Notes: a model not told the origin generated them from the letters alone. Shown: positions 39,331 to 49,828, numbered from the stretch's first letter. The stretch is DNA of 64,000 bases from Candidatus Hermodarchaeota archaeon (GCA_016839805.1 JAEOTO010000003.1:1-64000), one strand, 5' to 3'. Numbers and translations: made by a program.

Positions 39331-39439
39331 CTTGTCGGAGGCCAGCAACCAGCAACTTTTGACCCGAGGCTGTGGCGACAGAGTAGCAATCGGCGCCACT
39401 TTTAAAGCTTTTTCTTCTCACACCAAGAAATTTGAAATA

Positions 39440-40582
39440 TCAATTTTGACGGAAAGTCCGTTGCGCCAAATCGTTTACGTTATATCCGCGAAGTTCTAAC
39501 CAATTTCGCGTGGCTCCATTCACGATGAGCGGGACGTTACTTAATTCTTCAAGCGAAGACGCTCCTACCAGAAACATGGTAGCTTTTAACCCATGGATAA
39601 GGGTGTCCAGATGCATCTGTACTGCCTTTGCGTTAAGCATAGCTGGTGAAAGTATGGGAAGCGCCACACCCGCGAGATCTGCGCCAAGCGCAATAGCTTT
39701 CGCAATGTCAAGACCAGTCCGAACCCCTCCAGATGCAATCAAGTGTGTCTCTGGGGCTGCTTGAGCAACTTCATATGTGGCAACTGCAGTAGGAATTCCC
39801 CAATCAGTAAACCAACTTCCGAGTATTGCTTTCTTAGCGTCTTCAACTTTTGCACGTTCAGCTTCAACTGCTGGCCAACTGGTACCACCTAGTCCTGCTA
39901 CATCAAGAGCTTTAACCCCAGCCTTCACTAGTTGTTGGGCAGTATTTCGATTTAATCCAGCTCCAGTTTCTTTCGCAATGATAGGTGTTGAAAGATTCTT
40001 TGTAAGACGTTTGAGAGCTTGAAGAACACCTGAAAAAGTAGCCTCTCCTTCCGGTTGAACCGCTTCTTGAGCTGCGTTGAAATGGACAGCAAGCGCGTTA
40101 GCTTTTATCATATCGACCGCAATCTCAGCTTCATTAATGCCGTACCCCAAAGAAAGCTGTGGTGCCCCTATATTCCCAACAAGGAAAGCAGTTGGAGCAT
40201 GTTCACGAGTAATAGTAAAGGAGGCACTAAGGTTGGAATCTTCTATTGCAGCACGCTGGCTCCCTACACCCATGATTAAACCCAGCCTTTCCACTGCTTG
40301 AGCAATATGCATATTGATAGGAAGCGCCTCCTCATGCCCTCCAGTCATGGCAGTAATCATGATGGGTGCTCGTAACTGATGCCCTAAGAAGGTAGATCGA
40401 ACATCGATATCTTCTAAGTTGATTTCAGGTGCGGCGTTATGAATTAGCGTAATATCGTTGAATCCTGGAGGAACACAAGATTCGACTTCACGTTCTAAGC
40501 AGATTCGAATATGTTGTAATTTTCGATCTTCAGTTTGCCACGCTTTTTTCTGGGAACCTGTTTTTGTACGGGGTGTTACCAA
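39440..40582 (-). CDS. fni: Isopentenyl-diphosphate delta-isomerase type 2
   Basis: RKLQHI, AMTGG, GSQRAA, QEAVQPEG, KETG, GGTSW, WGIPT, ASGGVRTG. Confidence 0.96.
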   Translation of the reverse strand: MVTPRTKTGSQKKAWQTEDRKLQHIRICLEREVESCVPPGFNDITLIHNAAPEINLEDIDVRSTFLGHQLRAPIMITAMTGGHEEALPINMHIAQAVERLGLIMGVGSQRAAIEDSNLSASFTITREHAPTAFLVGNIGAPQLSLGYGINEAEIAVDMIKANALAVHFNAAQEAVQPEGEATFSGVLQALKRLTKNLSTPIIAKETGAGLNRNTAQQLVKAGVKALDVAGLGGTSWPAVEAERAKVEDAKKAILGSWFTDWGIPTAVATYEVAQAAPETHLIASGGVRTGLDIAKAIALGADLAGVALPILSPAMLNAKAVQMHLDTLIHGLKATMFLVGASSLEELSNVPLIVNGATRNWLELRGYNVNDLAQRTFRQN

Positions 40583-40648
40583 TTTCCTTCCCTCTGGGAA
40601 AAACCTATGAGTTTGTGTACCCTCTTGCCAGATTGTGACTGCAAAGGG

Positions 40649-41044
40649 TTACAGTAGTTCTACCACACCATTTGTTGCATCCACATGTACTTTTTGACCT
40701 ACCATGATTTTGTCAATTGGAATTTTGTCTATCGCGGGAATGTCGCTGATAATACAACCAACGGCAACAATGGTTTCTGTTTGCTGGTTTATTATGGCTA
40801 CCGGTCCTTTACCTGTTTTTGCTAATTGATAGAGCACATATGATCCAACTGTTGAACCTTTTCCACTTGGAAAGACTAGAATCTTCCCAGTGATGGATTG
40901 TCCCTCTAACTCATGGCCCTTTTCAACAACAATTCCTGTTTCTGGGTCGACTCCACCATAAAACGAAAGACTTTGGCTAGTCACCAAGGCTTCTCCAGTT
41001 GCTGTTCCAGGAGCGATTTTTCTTCCCCTAATTTTCTCAGTCAT
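40649..41044 (-). CDS. Phosphomevalonate dehydratase small subunit (AcnX swivel domain, DUF126)
   Basis: SFYGGVDPETG, GKGSTVGSY. Confidence 0.9.
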   Translation of the reverse strand: MTEKIRGRKIAPGTATGEALVTSQSLSFYGGVDPETGIVVEKGHELEGQSITGKILVFPSGKGSTVGSYVLYQLAKTGKGPVAIINQQTETIVAVGCIISDIPAIDKIPIDKIMVGQKVHVDATNGVVELL

Positions 41045-42231
41045 TCGATGAACGCCTCCTGCAAACATTCTTCCAGTGAGCAATGTTTGATTTGGAATTT
41101 GTTACGTCCCTGGCCATAGTAGCACCCCTTCGCAGAGTCTGTGCATAACCCAGTGAATCGCCCCTTGATTGGAGCTACCACACAACAGGTATCACAAGCG
41201 AATTTAATGCCGGTAGCTTCGATAATTTTCGTGTATCCCATTCTATCGGCAACTTGTTTTGTTGGTCGTGCGGTAGTAATCCAAGTTTCCTTCTTGACAC
41301 GTTTTCCCTCGACCAGTTCAGCGATATGACGTATTTCATGTAAAGAGGCATGAGGACACCCAATACTAACGAAGTCAATCTCAGCATCTTCCTCGTTAAG
41401 TTCCTGTTCTGCTTCGGCGAGATCGCTTTCAGTAACTGTAAGGGTTTTTTTAGGAACTCGCATTTTATTGGGTGTTAAGCCTTCCATGTGGAAAAGCGCC
41501 GTACCACCATAGGTGGCGATAGAAGCGCAGAAGGCTTTGAGCTCATCAGTACTTGCCTTGGAGATGCCTGTGATATAGGGAATGGTCCATTCAACTTTGG
41601 AGTCGAGTATCTCACCAATGACTTTGCCCAGGGTGCCGAATTGAGCCGTTCCTGTGATGGAGGCTTTTACTTTGGTAGCTACATGAGCTTGACGGTTCTT
41701 ATCTAAATGATAGCCATACTCCGGAGTATACCCGGTTAATGCAGCTGCTAATGCGCTAGGACCGCCTTCTCGATTAGTTTTCGCCCCAATCACTGAGTTG
41801 GCGAAGCAAACAGCACTACTTTCAGCCCATGCAATGTGTTCGCCATAATGGGGAAGGTTGCCAACTAGGTAGGGTGTGCAAGTACAAGTAGTGATAATGT
41901 CCATTTTCGCAAAGGCATTTACAACACGTTCCTGATTTTTGGCAAATTCGGGATCAATGCCCAATACTCGCCAATTCTCGAGGTCCATCCCTGCTGGATT
42001 TAGGGTCGTTAAAACGCGCACACGACCGTCTTTTGCCATTTGGGAGAGCCAGTCCAGGCCAGGTTCGCCTAGATTAGCATAACTGACGCCTGCAATTTGT
42101 ACTGATGTTACAGGAATCATTTTCTCAGCTTCAAAGATTTCACCGAGTGCCGAGAGGATCTCCATGCTTTTCTGAGTAGCATAACCATGCTTGCCCTCCA
42201 ACATTTCCAGTTGGAGTTTGGTGAGCTTCAT
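41041..42231 (-). CDS. Phosphomevalonate dehydratase large subunit (AcnX, DUF521)
   Basis: GVSY, TLNP, TCTPY, WAESSA...NSVIGA.TNRE, GCPH, DTC, DSAK. Confidence 0.92.
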   Translation of the reverse strand: MKLTKLQLEMLEGKHGYATQKSMEILSALGEIFEAEKMIPVTSVQIAGVSYANLGEPGLDWLSQMAKDGRVRVLTTLNPAGMDLENWRVLGIDPEFAKNQERVVNAFAKMDIITTCTCTPYLVGNLPHYGEHIAWAESSAVCFANSVIGAKTNREGGPSALAAALTGYTPEYGYHLDKNRQAHVATKVKASITGTAQFGTLGKVIGEILDSKVEWTIPYITGISKASTDELKAFCASIATYGGTALFHMEGLTPNKMRVPKKTLTVTESDLAEAEQELNEEDAEIDFVSIGCPHASLHEIRHIAELVEGKRVKKETWITTARPTKQVADRMGYTKIIEATGIKFACDTCCVVAPIKGRFTGLCTDSAKGCYYGQGRNKFQIKHCSLEECLQEAFIE

Positions 42232-42239
42232 CGCATTTA

Positions 42240-43550
42240 TCACTCCTCAAGGAACTTCTTCAAATCCACGTCAGGGAAACTAGCTTTTGCAAAGGTTTTA
42301 CCCGCTTCAACCTTCAAAGGATGAGTGAGGTCATAGCCAATTTTTGTCGTAAGGTAGGTTCCTGGCTCGGAACTGGGGTCTAAACTGCTTCCACGTTCTT
42401 TCTCTTTGATGACTATATCAGTATCTCCTTGAAATCGAGTAGCCATAGCCCATTCAACATCGTAGGGATCGTAAATGTCAATGTCTTTGTCAACGATGAA
42501 GGCATGTTTGAGGCTTCGGTGACCTTCAAAGGCGCCTTCAATGGCTAATTTCCCATCTTCCTCCCGTTGTTTGTCGATTTGCACTACGGCGTGTAGCCAG
42601 CTACACCCGCCCGGGTCAATATTAACATCAAGGCAACGAACACCCTTTTCGGTAATTTTACGGAAAATCGTGGGTTCACGGGGCATACCCATGAGGACTT
42701 TGTGTTCAAAGGCTCCAGGTAGCAGGGCTTGCCAAATTGCATCTTTGCGATGCGTAATGCAAGTAAGTTTGAAAATTGGTTCATTCCTAATGACATCATA
42801 GGTTTGGGTTAGGTCAATGAATGGTCCTTCTGCATGTCGTTTGTCACGGTAAACCTTTCCTTCGAGAACCCATTCACAGTCTGCAGGAATGAGCAAATCA
42901 GAGGTTTTCGCCTTAACTACATGAATGGGTTCGAGGGCATTAGCGATTTCAAGTTCGTTAATGCCTATTTCTACACTGGTGGCCGCTGCAACTAGAATAT
43001 TTGGCGAATTTCCTATGCAGAAGGCCACATCGATTTCACCGATATCTTCAAGGAAGGTGTGGAAGTTCCGCTTGGCAACAACGCGTGTACTCATTTTATT
43101 TTTCTCAAGTTGCATTGCCCGATGAAAATCTAAGTTTTGACCATATTTTGGATGTCCTGCAACAACAACTGCTGAAGAGATATAGGGGCCTCCATCACGT
43201 TCATTGTGCAAGAGAATGGGAACCTTATCAAGGTCAACGGTTGATTCGACTATCTCTTGGCAAGGCGCGGATTTGATTTCCTTAGGAACCGACCGATCTT
43301 CAATAGCTTTACTGAGGGTTGGAATGATATCCTTTGATGTAATTTTCAAGTAAGAAGCAATACTGTCCTTACTACAGAAGAGATTGCCCATAATTCGGTA
43401 CTCCGAGTCCCTAACGTTTTCAAAGAGCACCGGTTTGGGTTCAACAGCTTTGAGTACTCCAGCTGCCTCTAACCGTTTTGAAACTGGTTTAGTTATTTTA
43501 AGAAGAGAACCTTCCTTTTCCAATTGCTGTAGATGCTCACGTATACCCAT
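42240..43550 (-). CDS. UbiD-family prFMN decarboxylase (trans-anhydromevalonate-5-phosphate decarboxylase)
   Basis: DGGPYI, EGPF.D, DIDI...VEWAMATR, LDPS; context with AcnX/mvk/fni. Confidence 0.88.
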   Translation of the reverse strand: MGIREHLQQLEKEGSLLKITKPVSKRLEAAGVLKAVEPKPVLFENVRDSEYRIMGNLFCSKDSIASYLKITSKDIIPTLSKAIEDRSVPKEIKSAPCQEIVESTVDLDKVPILLHNERDGGPYISSAVVVAGHPKYGQNLDFHRAMQLEKNKMSTRVVAKRNFHTFLEDIGEIDVAFCIGNSPNILVAAATSVEIGINELEIANALEPIHVVKAKTSDLLIPADCEWVLEGKVYRDKRHAEGPFIDLTQTYDVIRNEPIFKLTCITHRKDAIWQALLPGAFEHKVLMGMPREPTIFRKITEKGVRCLDVNIDPGGCSWLHAVVQIDKQREEDGKLAIEGAFEGHRSLKHAFIVDKDIDIYDPYDVEWAMATRFQGDTDIVIKEKERGSSLDPSSEPGTYLTTKIGYDLTHPLKVEAGKTFAKASFPDVDLKKFLEE

Positions 43551-43569
43551 TATATTCACCTCTTCGATA

Positions 43570-44508
43570 CTATACTCCAATTTGATAGCGCCAGGCAGAG
43601 AAGCCTCGCTGTTTGATTGCACCAAAGACATCATTTTGGAGAGTTCGCCCTGGTGTCAATGCAACCATATTACCACCTCGCCCAGTCCCCGTAAGCTTGG
43701 CACCCCACGCTCCCAACTGTCGGGATACCCCAACGAGTTCTTCTATTTCCACACAAGAAACACCAATCTCAATGAGTAGATTATGATTTTGGTTCATCAA
43801 TAACCCAATCAATTGGAGGTCCATATCCTCCAAACCTTTGCTTGCAGTTTCCACAAGTTCTAGGTAGTCTTCGGTGATTTGGTCAAACCACTTTGTTTTC
43901 TCATCCTTCATCCGTCTTACGTCGTCGACTACTTCCTTTGTACTCGCGGTGATTCCTGTGCTCGCAATAACAATGTCTGTGGGTTGTTTTAGTTTGATTG
44001 TATCAATGGTTGGGGGTCCACCAGATAAGTCTCGTTTGTACCAGACAATCCCACCAAAAGTGGCAGCAGTGTTATCAATTCCGCTTGGTGTGCCATGGTA
44101 GCCTTTTTCGCCTTCGTATGCACACGCATTTACTTGGTGATCATCCCAACCCAGTTTGAATTCATCATTTAATGCTCGTGCGATTGCAGTACAACTAGCG
44201 GCACTGGCTCCAATTCCACTTGCACAGACCAGTTTGCCACCGAGGGTGATATGAATGCCTTCTTCGCTAGTATCAATCCCCGCGAAGCGCAGAATATGGT
44301 CAATGGAGACCTTTTGTTCGTCATATTTCTTCTTTTTATATCCAGGCACCGCCGGACGATTATCTGTCAGGGTCCATCCTGCTTCTGAAGTTCGTCGAAC
44401 TGTCGCTATTGTTGTTGCTCCAACAGCTGCGGCGATTGCAGGAAATCCGTATACAACAAAGTGTTCGCCAAACAGGATTACTTTACCAAAACCGGAACCT
44501 TTACCCAA
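43570..44508 (-). CDS. mvk: Mevalonate kinase
   Basis: GKVILFGEHFVVYG, SGIGASAA, HGTPSGIDN, KLTGTGRGG. Confidence 0.95.
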   Translation of the reverse strand: MGKGSGFGKVILFGEHFVVYGFPAIAAAVGATTIATVRRTSEAGWTLTDNRPAVPGYKKKKYDEQKVSIDHILRFAGIDTSEEGIHITLGGKLVCASGIGASAASCTAIARALNDEFKLGWDDHQVNACAYEGEKGYHGTPSGIDNTAATFGGIVWYKRDLSGGPPTIDTIKLKQPTDIVIASTGITASTKEVVDDVRRMKDEKTKWFDQITEDYLELVETASKGLEDMDLQLIGLLMNQNHNLLIEIGVSCVEIEELVGVSRQLGAWGAKLTGTGRGGNMVALTPGRTLQNDVFGAIKQRGFSAWRYQIGV

Positions 44509-44668
44509 GATTGGTAACCTCCAGGAACGTGGTAATTCTATAGGAATTAGGTATTTTCAACCTATTTTCTTCAGGGGAACTCTGGGTCGATTCGTAGCTA
44601 ACCGCTTAATAGCCTTTCCATGCCTCTTAGAAAATATTTTACGAAAAATAAACCGGTTATTAGAGATA

Positions 44669-45283
44669 TTAGGCTTCAACACGGCGTAACATGGCTTCAA
44701 AGTCTTCAACCTTGAAGGGGAATTCAGCGTCAGGGGTTAATTGCCCTCGCTCGCGAAGCACTTGTCTGGCGAGAAGCCAATAGGTCAATGAAAGAGATTT
44801 GCGGCCTTTGTTATTACATGGAATAGCAAGGTCAATATATTGAAGCGAATTGTCTGTGTCTACGAGGGCAACGATTGGTACACGAATTTTTGCTCCTTCT
44901 CTAACAGCTTGAGCATCAGCCCTTGGATCGGTGATAAAGATTATTGATGGTTCAGTATATTGCGGTAAACTTGGGTTAGTGAATGTCCCTGGAATGAATC
45001 GACCTGCAAGTGGAGTTGCACCAATTACTGTGCAGAAGGTTTGGATAGGTTTTTGTGCATATTGCCGAGCACCCACAACGGCGATAGAGGAGGGATCAGC
45101 ACGAGCTAGCATACTAGATGCAACTCGGATACGTTCATCGAATTTTCGAATATCCAATACATAAAGACCATCTTGGCGAACGCGGTAGATGTAGGGTTCC
45201 ATGGTGACAGTTTTTACCTGGGTGCCAATGTGAATACCAGCAGCAAGATATTGATCCAGTGCAACAAGTAAATCTTCAGTCAT
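44669..45283 (-). CDS. rps2: 30S ribosomal protein S2
   Basis: YLAAGIHIG, GRFIPGTFTNP, IPCNNKG. Confidence 0.97.
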   Translation of the reverse strand: MTEDLLVALDQYLAAGIHIGTQVKTVTMEPYIYRVRQDGLYVLDIRKFDERIRVASSMLARADPSSIAVVGARQYAQKPIQTFCTVIGATPLAGRFIPGTFTNPSLPQYTEPSIIFITDPRADAQAVREGAKIRVPIVALVDTDNSLQYIDLAIPCNNKGRKSLSLTYWLLARQVLRERGQLTPDAEFPFKVEDFEAMLRRVEA

Positions 45284-45285
45284 GG

Positions 45286-45486
45286 TTACGTTCGCTCCGC
45301 AAATTGTAAAATGTCATCGATGATGTCAACATGGCTGAGTAGCATTCGACGACAACAATACCGTTTCAGTCCCATCGAATCCAGAACTGTTGCTGGATCT
45401 TCGCCCTGTCGGATGCGTCGGTTAAATTCTTCCCATCTATCTGCAACCAGGCGACCACATGTGAAACACCGAATTGGGATAATCAT
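45286..45486 (-). CDS. rpoN: RNA polymerase subunit N (Rpo10)
   Basis: [11 protein letters not shown]...RYCCRRMLL; true ATG at 45486. Confidence 0.97.
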   Translation of the reverse strand: MIIPIRCFTCGRLVADRWEEFNRRIRQGEDPATVLDSMGLKRYCCRRMLLSHVDIIDDILQFAERT

Positions 45487-45502
45487 AGGTTCATCTTCTC
45501 CT

Positions 45503-45904
45503 TTATCGATAACTCTTCTGTTTGCGTGCCCGGGCGCCAGGTCCACCAAATTTCTTCTTTTCTTTTCGTCGAGAATCTCCTGCCATAAGAGTACGATCAT
45601 ATTCGACAAAATGTTGTCGAAGATCCGCACTCTTCGTATAGTCAACTAAACCTCGTGCAACAGCAATACGAGATGCTTGGGCTTGACCCATGGTTCCTCC
45701 ACCACGAACGTTGATTCGAATGTCAATTTTGGAAGTCAAATCATCACTAGCAATGAGAAGAGGTTCTTCAATAATTTGACGTGCCATTAAAGGCATATAG
45801 TTCTCCAGAGGAGTTTTGTTGATGTAAACTCGTCCAGTTCCTTCCCGAATAGTGGCACGAGCAATGGCAGTTTTTCGTTTTCCTGAACTAACAACAATTT
45901 TCAT
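45503..45904 (-). CDS. rps9: 30S ribosomal protein S9
   Basis: [27 protein letters not shown]. Confidence 0.97.
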   Translation of the reverse strand: MKIVVSSGKRKTAIARATIREGTGRVYINKTPLENYMPLMARQIIEEPLLIASDDLTSKIDIRINVRGGGTMGQAQASRIAVARGLVDYTKSADLRQHFVEYDRTLMAGDSRRKEKKKFGGPGARARKQKSYR

Positions 45905-46380
45905 GTTAATCCCTTCCATCCAAGTTCGCGGGCAATTTCACCTAAATAAACCGTACGACGTCCCTTTCGTTCATATTCAGAGATATCAAGTTGGCGTTTT
46001 GTTTTGAGACCTTCAGGTGTTCCAGTGTAAACGCGAAGTCGCTTCATTGCTTTACGACCACGATCCTTCTTCCAAGGAACCATACCTCGGATTATACGAC
46101 GGAGCATAAAATCTGGTTGCCGAGGGTGTAATGGACCCTTCCAAGGAGCGGTTCGGGTTCGGATTCCCAAGCGTTCTTTATATGCTCTAATAAGACTTGC
46201 TCGGTCTCCGGATAGAACTGCTTTTTCAGCATTTATTACTGCAACATGTTCACCTTGGAGGAGCTGTTTAGCTACAACTGTAGCTAGGCGTCCAGCAACA
46301 GTGTTTTCAGCATCTACTACGAGAGGTTCTATAGGTTTTGGAACCTCTTCCTTTGATGCTTGGGATTTTTGCTCAGACAT
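45901..46380 (-). CDS. rpl13: 50S ribosomal protein L13
   Basis: VDA...GRLAT.VAK.LL, NAEK, RGMVP. Confidence 0.96.
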   Translation of the reverse strand: MSEQKSQASKEEVPKPIEPLVVDAENTVAGRLATVVAKQLLQGEHVAVINAEKAVLSGDRASLIRAYKERLGIRTRTAPWKGPLHPRQPDFMLRRIIRGMVPWKKDRGRKAMKRLRVYTGTPEGLKTKRQLDISEYERKGRRTVYLGEIARELGWKGLT

Positions 46381-46392
46381 TCAGATTCCTCC

Positions 46393-46752
46393 TTAACTTA
46401 CAAGCATGACTTCCTTTCCGGTGGGATTCTTCTCCATGAGTTCTTCTAAAGTCAGGCACTTTCCACCCTGTGCCTCAATTTTTGCACGAGCCTGAGCAGA
46501 AAATGTGAAGGCAGCAACTTCTAACTTGTCTTTAATAATGCCATCAGATAGCACCTTTCCCGGCACGACCATTATGCGACCTTTAGTAAAGTTGTGTTGT
46601 AGGTCACCAACATTTACAGCAACACGATTTTGGCGGGGGGATCGAAGTTTTTCAAATAATGTTCGCCAAATCCGACCTCCAGGATTACGAGATTGCCGTT
46701 TCAGTTTGATAAGCAGTTGTTGCCGGATTTCATTAGGTGACTTGGTAACCAT
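46393..46752 (-). CDS. rpl18e: 50S ribosomal protein L18e
   Basis: IW, VN, VVPGKVL, A..KI..GG, NPTG. Confidence 0.95.
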   Translation of the reverse strand: MVTKSPNEIRQQLLIKLKRQSRNPGGRIWRTLFEKLRSPRQNRVAVNVGDLQHNFTKGRIMVVPGKVLSDGIIKDKLEVAAFTFSAQARAKIEAQGGKCLTLEELMEKNPTGKEVMLVS

Positions 46753-46764
46753 TGAATCTCACGC

Positions 46765-47706
46765 TCACTTTTTCTTTTTTGTCTTTGATTTAGAAGCGGT
46801 TTTAGTCTTTGTCTTTGAAGCAGGTGCTTTCGGCTCCTTCTTTTTCTTCGGTTTTTTAGGAAGCGCTTTTTTCTTAGCCCGGGGTTTTTTCGGTGTGACT
46901 TTCGGTACACGTCCTGGAAGTAAAGTAATGAGTTCTTCGTATTTTTTACGGAAAACATCAAGCCCTTTTTCAAAGATGGTCATGGGGGGGAGGGCGCCTG
47001 TGGATTCAATTGTTACAATGAAGTTATTTTCATCATGGGATACTGCAATAGCTTGTACGTCACAGGTTTCAACACACAGATTGCAAAGGGTACAGTTTTT
47101 CTCATCGACCACCACAGCCTTATCTTTTTGCATTTCAAAGACCTGGCGGAAACAAACCTCTACACACTCTTTACAGCCATCACACTTGTTAGTATCCACT
47201 TTGACATGAGGAATCATTTTGTAAGCCATAGTAGAGACTGGCTGCCATTTCGCATGATCTTGTCCAATACCCAGACGAGCATATGCTTCTATAACGATAC
47301 GTTGACCCTTCGCTAATTTTGCTATGGGGATTTTATCACTAACAGGAACGACTTCTGGATCTTGGGGTTTCAGGTCTCCCGTAGTAGCGATAAAACCGTC
47401 TTCGGGTGCTTCAACCTCCATAGTAAATCCGGCTTGACATAAATGACATCCAACACCTTCACAAGTACAATCCGAAGAGACAACATATTGGTCGTAGTTA
47501 GTTTTTAGAGGAACTAAACCAAGGCGGTGTGCAATTATTTCATCAAATAGGGGCGATTGATTTTCTAAGATCACGACTTCTTCAATTGCCATAGTTGGAG
47601 TTTCAGCGAGCATAATACGGCGTATGGCATTAATTAAACCTGGACGGACTTCCTCAACACGCATTTGAAGGGTATTATCCGTTTGTTCAAGTACAGTGAC
47701 TTTCAT
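46765..47706 (-). CDS. rpoD: RNA polymerase subunit D (Rpo3) with ferredoxin-like domain and basic tail
   Basis: NAIRRIM, DEIIAHRLGLVPL, HAKWQP; CDGCKECVEVC and CTLCNLCVETC. Confidence 0.96.
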   Translation of the reverse strand: MKVTVLEQTDNTLQMRVEEVRPGLINAIRRIMLAETPTMAIEEVVILENQSPLFDEIIAHRLGLVPLKTNYDQYVVSSDCTCEGVGCHLCQAGFTMEVEAPEDGFIATTGDLKPQDPEVVPVSDKIPIAKLAKGQRIVIEAYARLGIGQDHAKWQPVSTMAYKMIPHVKVDTNKCDGCKECVEVCFRQVFEMQKDKAVVVDEKNCTLCNLCVETCDVQAIAVSHDENNFIVTIESTGALPPMTIFEKGLDVFRKKYEELITLLPGRVPKVTPKKPRAKKKALPKKPKKKKEPKAPASKTKTKTASKSKTKKKK

Positions 47707-47745
47707 ATTAGCTCACCTTTTTTCTACGCCACATCCAATACGACA

Positions 47746-48378
47746 CTACACTCGGCGACCGCGCCGCCCACCTGGGCGTCGAGTTCCGTCATGAGGCATA
47801 GGCGTAACCTCTTCTATTCGACCAATTCGTAATCCAGCTCGTGCTAAAGCACGAATAGCTGCTTGAGCTCCGGGACCAGGAGTCTTCGGACCATGTCCAC
47901 CAGGAGCTCGAACTTTAATATTCACACGGGTAATGTCGCGGTCCATAGCTGCACGAGCAGCACGAAAAGCAGCTTGCATAGCTGCATAGGGAGAACTTTC
48001 ATCGCGGTCAGCCCGGACAATCATTCCACCAGATGCACGCGCGATTGTTTCTGCTCCAGTAATATCGGTGATATGGACAATCGTGTCGTTATACGAGCTA
48101 TAGATATGTGCGACACCCCACTTTTCCTCACTGTCTACAGGGGTTGGTGTTCGAGCACGTCTACCAGAACGTGGAGATCGAGAGCGTGTTCTCCTTCGAG
48201 GTTTTTCTTCATCAGCTTCCCTGAATTTTTTTATTGGCTTTTTCTCTGTAGATGATGGCTTCTTGGTGGGAGTTTCTGTAGGTCTAGGAGGTTTTTCTTC
48301 CTTAGCTTCCTTAGCTTCCTTAGCTTCTCCCTTGGGGTCCTTTTCGGTTTCTACCTTAGATTCTTTCTTCTTTGCCAT
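47746..48378 (-). CDS. rps11: 30S ribosomal protein S11 with long basic N-terminal extension
   Basis: [38 protein letters not shown]. Confidence 0.97.
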   Translation of the reverse strand: MAKKKESKVETEKDPKGEAKEAKEAKEEKPPRPTETPTKKPSSTEKKPIKKFREADEEKPRRRTRSRSPRSGRRARTPTPVDSEEKWGVAHIYSSYNDTIVHITDITGAETIARASGGMIVRADRDESSPYAAMQAAFRAARAAMDRDITRVNIKVRAPGGHGPKTPGPGAQAAIRALARAGLRIGRIEEVTPMPHDGTRRPGGRRGRRV

Positions 48379-48414
48379 TAATTATCACCAATTTCAATAT
48401 GTAAACATAAGCGA

Positions 48415-49155
48415 TTATGAGGTGTCTTTTTTCGTTGAGTTGGCTTTCCTCTTTTTCGCAGGAGGTTTCTCCTCGACTTTCTCCTTATTTTTCTCTTCTT
48501 CATCAAGTTCTGGTTCATCTTCGTCAACTTCTTCCTCAAGAGAAACCTCTTTGATATCCCGGACAGCAGGCAACTTGACCTCTATGGGCTCCGGCTTATC
48601 TACAGCGGCTTCTGAATCTTCAGGTTTGGGCATCACTGCCTCACCCTTTGGAAGTTCAGGGTGATTAGGACTATGATAGGGACTATTAGGTGAATATTCA
48701 AGTTTCTTTTCCAGATCTCTGTAAAGTAGCATCCCAGGAGAAGTGACCCTATGCCCGTCAAGACTAATGTGACCATGCACTATCAATTGACGGGCATGAT
48801 GCATTGTTTTTGCTAAACCTTGGCGAACCACCTGGGTTTGTAAGCGCCGTTCGAGGATGTCACGGATTGTAAGATCTAAAATGTCATCTAATTGTGAATG
48901 TTTATCGATGAGGGCTAATCGGTTAATACGTCCAAGTAATTGTGATTCCCGGATAGTCCGCTCTTCTACAGGTAGGGCTACGAGATCACGTGCTGTCCCT
49001 CGAAACCGAGCTAGAAGAGATCGGTGTCGCCATAGCTCGCGTTTGTTGCGTAACCCATATTCCCCAACATAAATTAGTTCTTCAGCTAAGCGTGTTTTTT
49101 GCCAAGGATGTCCGGGTGCAACATATTTTTTCTTTGGCTTTCGTATTCCGCCCAA
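48415..49155 (-). CDS. rps4: 30S ribosomal protein S4 with charged C-terminal extension
   Basis: P.HPW, YGLRNKRELW, LERRLQT, ARQLIVHGHI. TTG start at 49155. Confidence 0.96.
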   Translation of the reverse strand: MGGIRKPKKKYVAPGHPWQKTRLAEELIYVGEYGLRNKRELWRHRSLLARFRGTARDLVALPVEERTIRESQLLGRINRLALIDKHSQLDDILDLTIRDILERRLQTQVVRQGLAKTMHHARQLIVHGHISLDGHRVTSPGMLLYRDLEKKLEYSPNSPYHSPNHPELPKGEAVMPKPEDSEAAVDKPEPIEVKLPAVRDIKEVSLEEEVDEDEPELDEEEKNKEKVEEKPPAKKRKANSTKKDTS

Positions 49156-49163
49156 TGTATTAT

Positions 49164-49622
49164 TCACCTTGAAGTTAGTCGCTTTCGTCTAACGCCAACT
49201 GTTCGTCCTTTACGACCTGTAGTCCGAGTGCGTTGTCCACGAACCTTTAGCCCGAGACCATGACGTATACCTCGCCAATTCTTAGTTTTCATGAGATAGT
49301 CGATATCCATTTTGTTTTGGAACTCAAGGTCTGCACCAATGATGTGCTTGTTCTCACCAGTCGCCATGTCTTTTTGTCGGTTCAGCATCCAGTGAGGAAT
49401 TCCGAATTTTGACGGAGCCTGAAGGATCTCTTCAATTTTTGTAACATCTTTATCGGTAATGAAACCTGCCCGTTGATCTGGGTTTAATCCGGCTACTTCA
49501 ATGATAGCCCGGGCTAACCGACGACCGACGCCTTTGACAGCGCTCAATGCTCTGTCCAGTTTCATACTTCCGTCGATGTCAGTACGAGCGACACGGATGA
49601 TATATCGGTATGACGACGACAA
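49164..49622 (-). CDS. rps13: 30S ribosomal protein S13
   Basis: GVGRRLA, WMLNR, RGIRH..GLKVRGQRTRT. Confidence 0.97.
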   Translation of the reverse strand: MSSSYRYIIRVARTDIDGSMKLDRALSAVKGVGRRLARAIIEVAGLNPDQRAGFITDKDVTKIEEILQAPSKFGIPHWMLNRQKDMATGENKHIIGADLEFQNKMDIDYLMKTKNWRGIRHGLGLKVRGQRTRTTGRKGRTVGVRRKRLTSR

Positions 49623-49828
49623 GTTAGCACCTCAAATAGCACTAGCTCTGAGCTATCGCATTCGAAATACAGAGCGGCTTTTAAATGTGTTGCCAAAGTC
49701 CGAATCTTACCTAACTGATTTTCTTCATTCATCGATATTCGGTTCCGACAATCAATTCCCCAGAGGCCACAATCCTTCACACTAAAAACGTTGAATACCT
49801 AGAGTGGTAAACAACCATCAACTAAATC

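Noticed and set aside
45487-45645. N-terminal extension of RpoN in the ORF track
   Set aside because: Overlaps rps9; the conserved MIIPIRC start is at 45486
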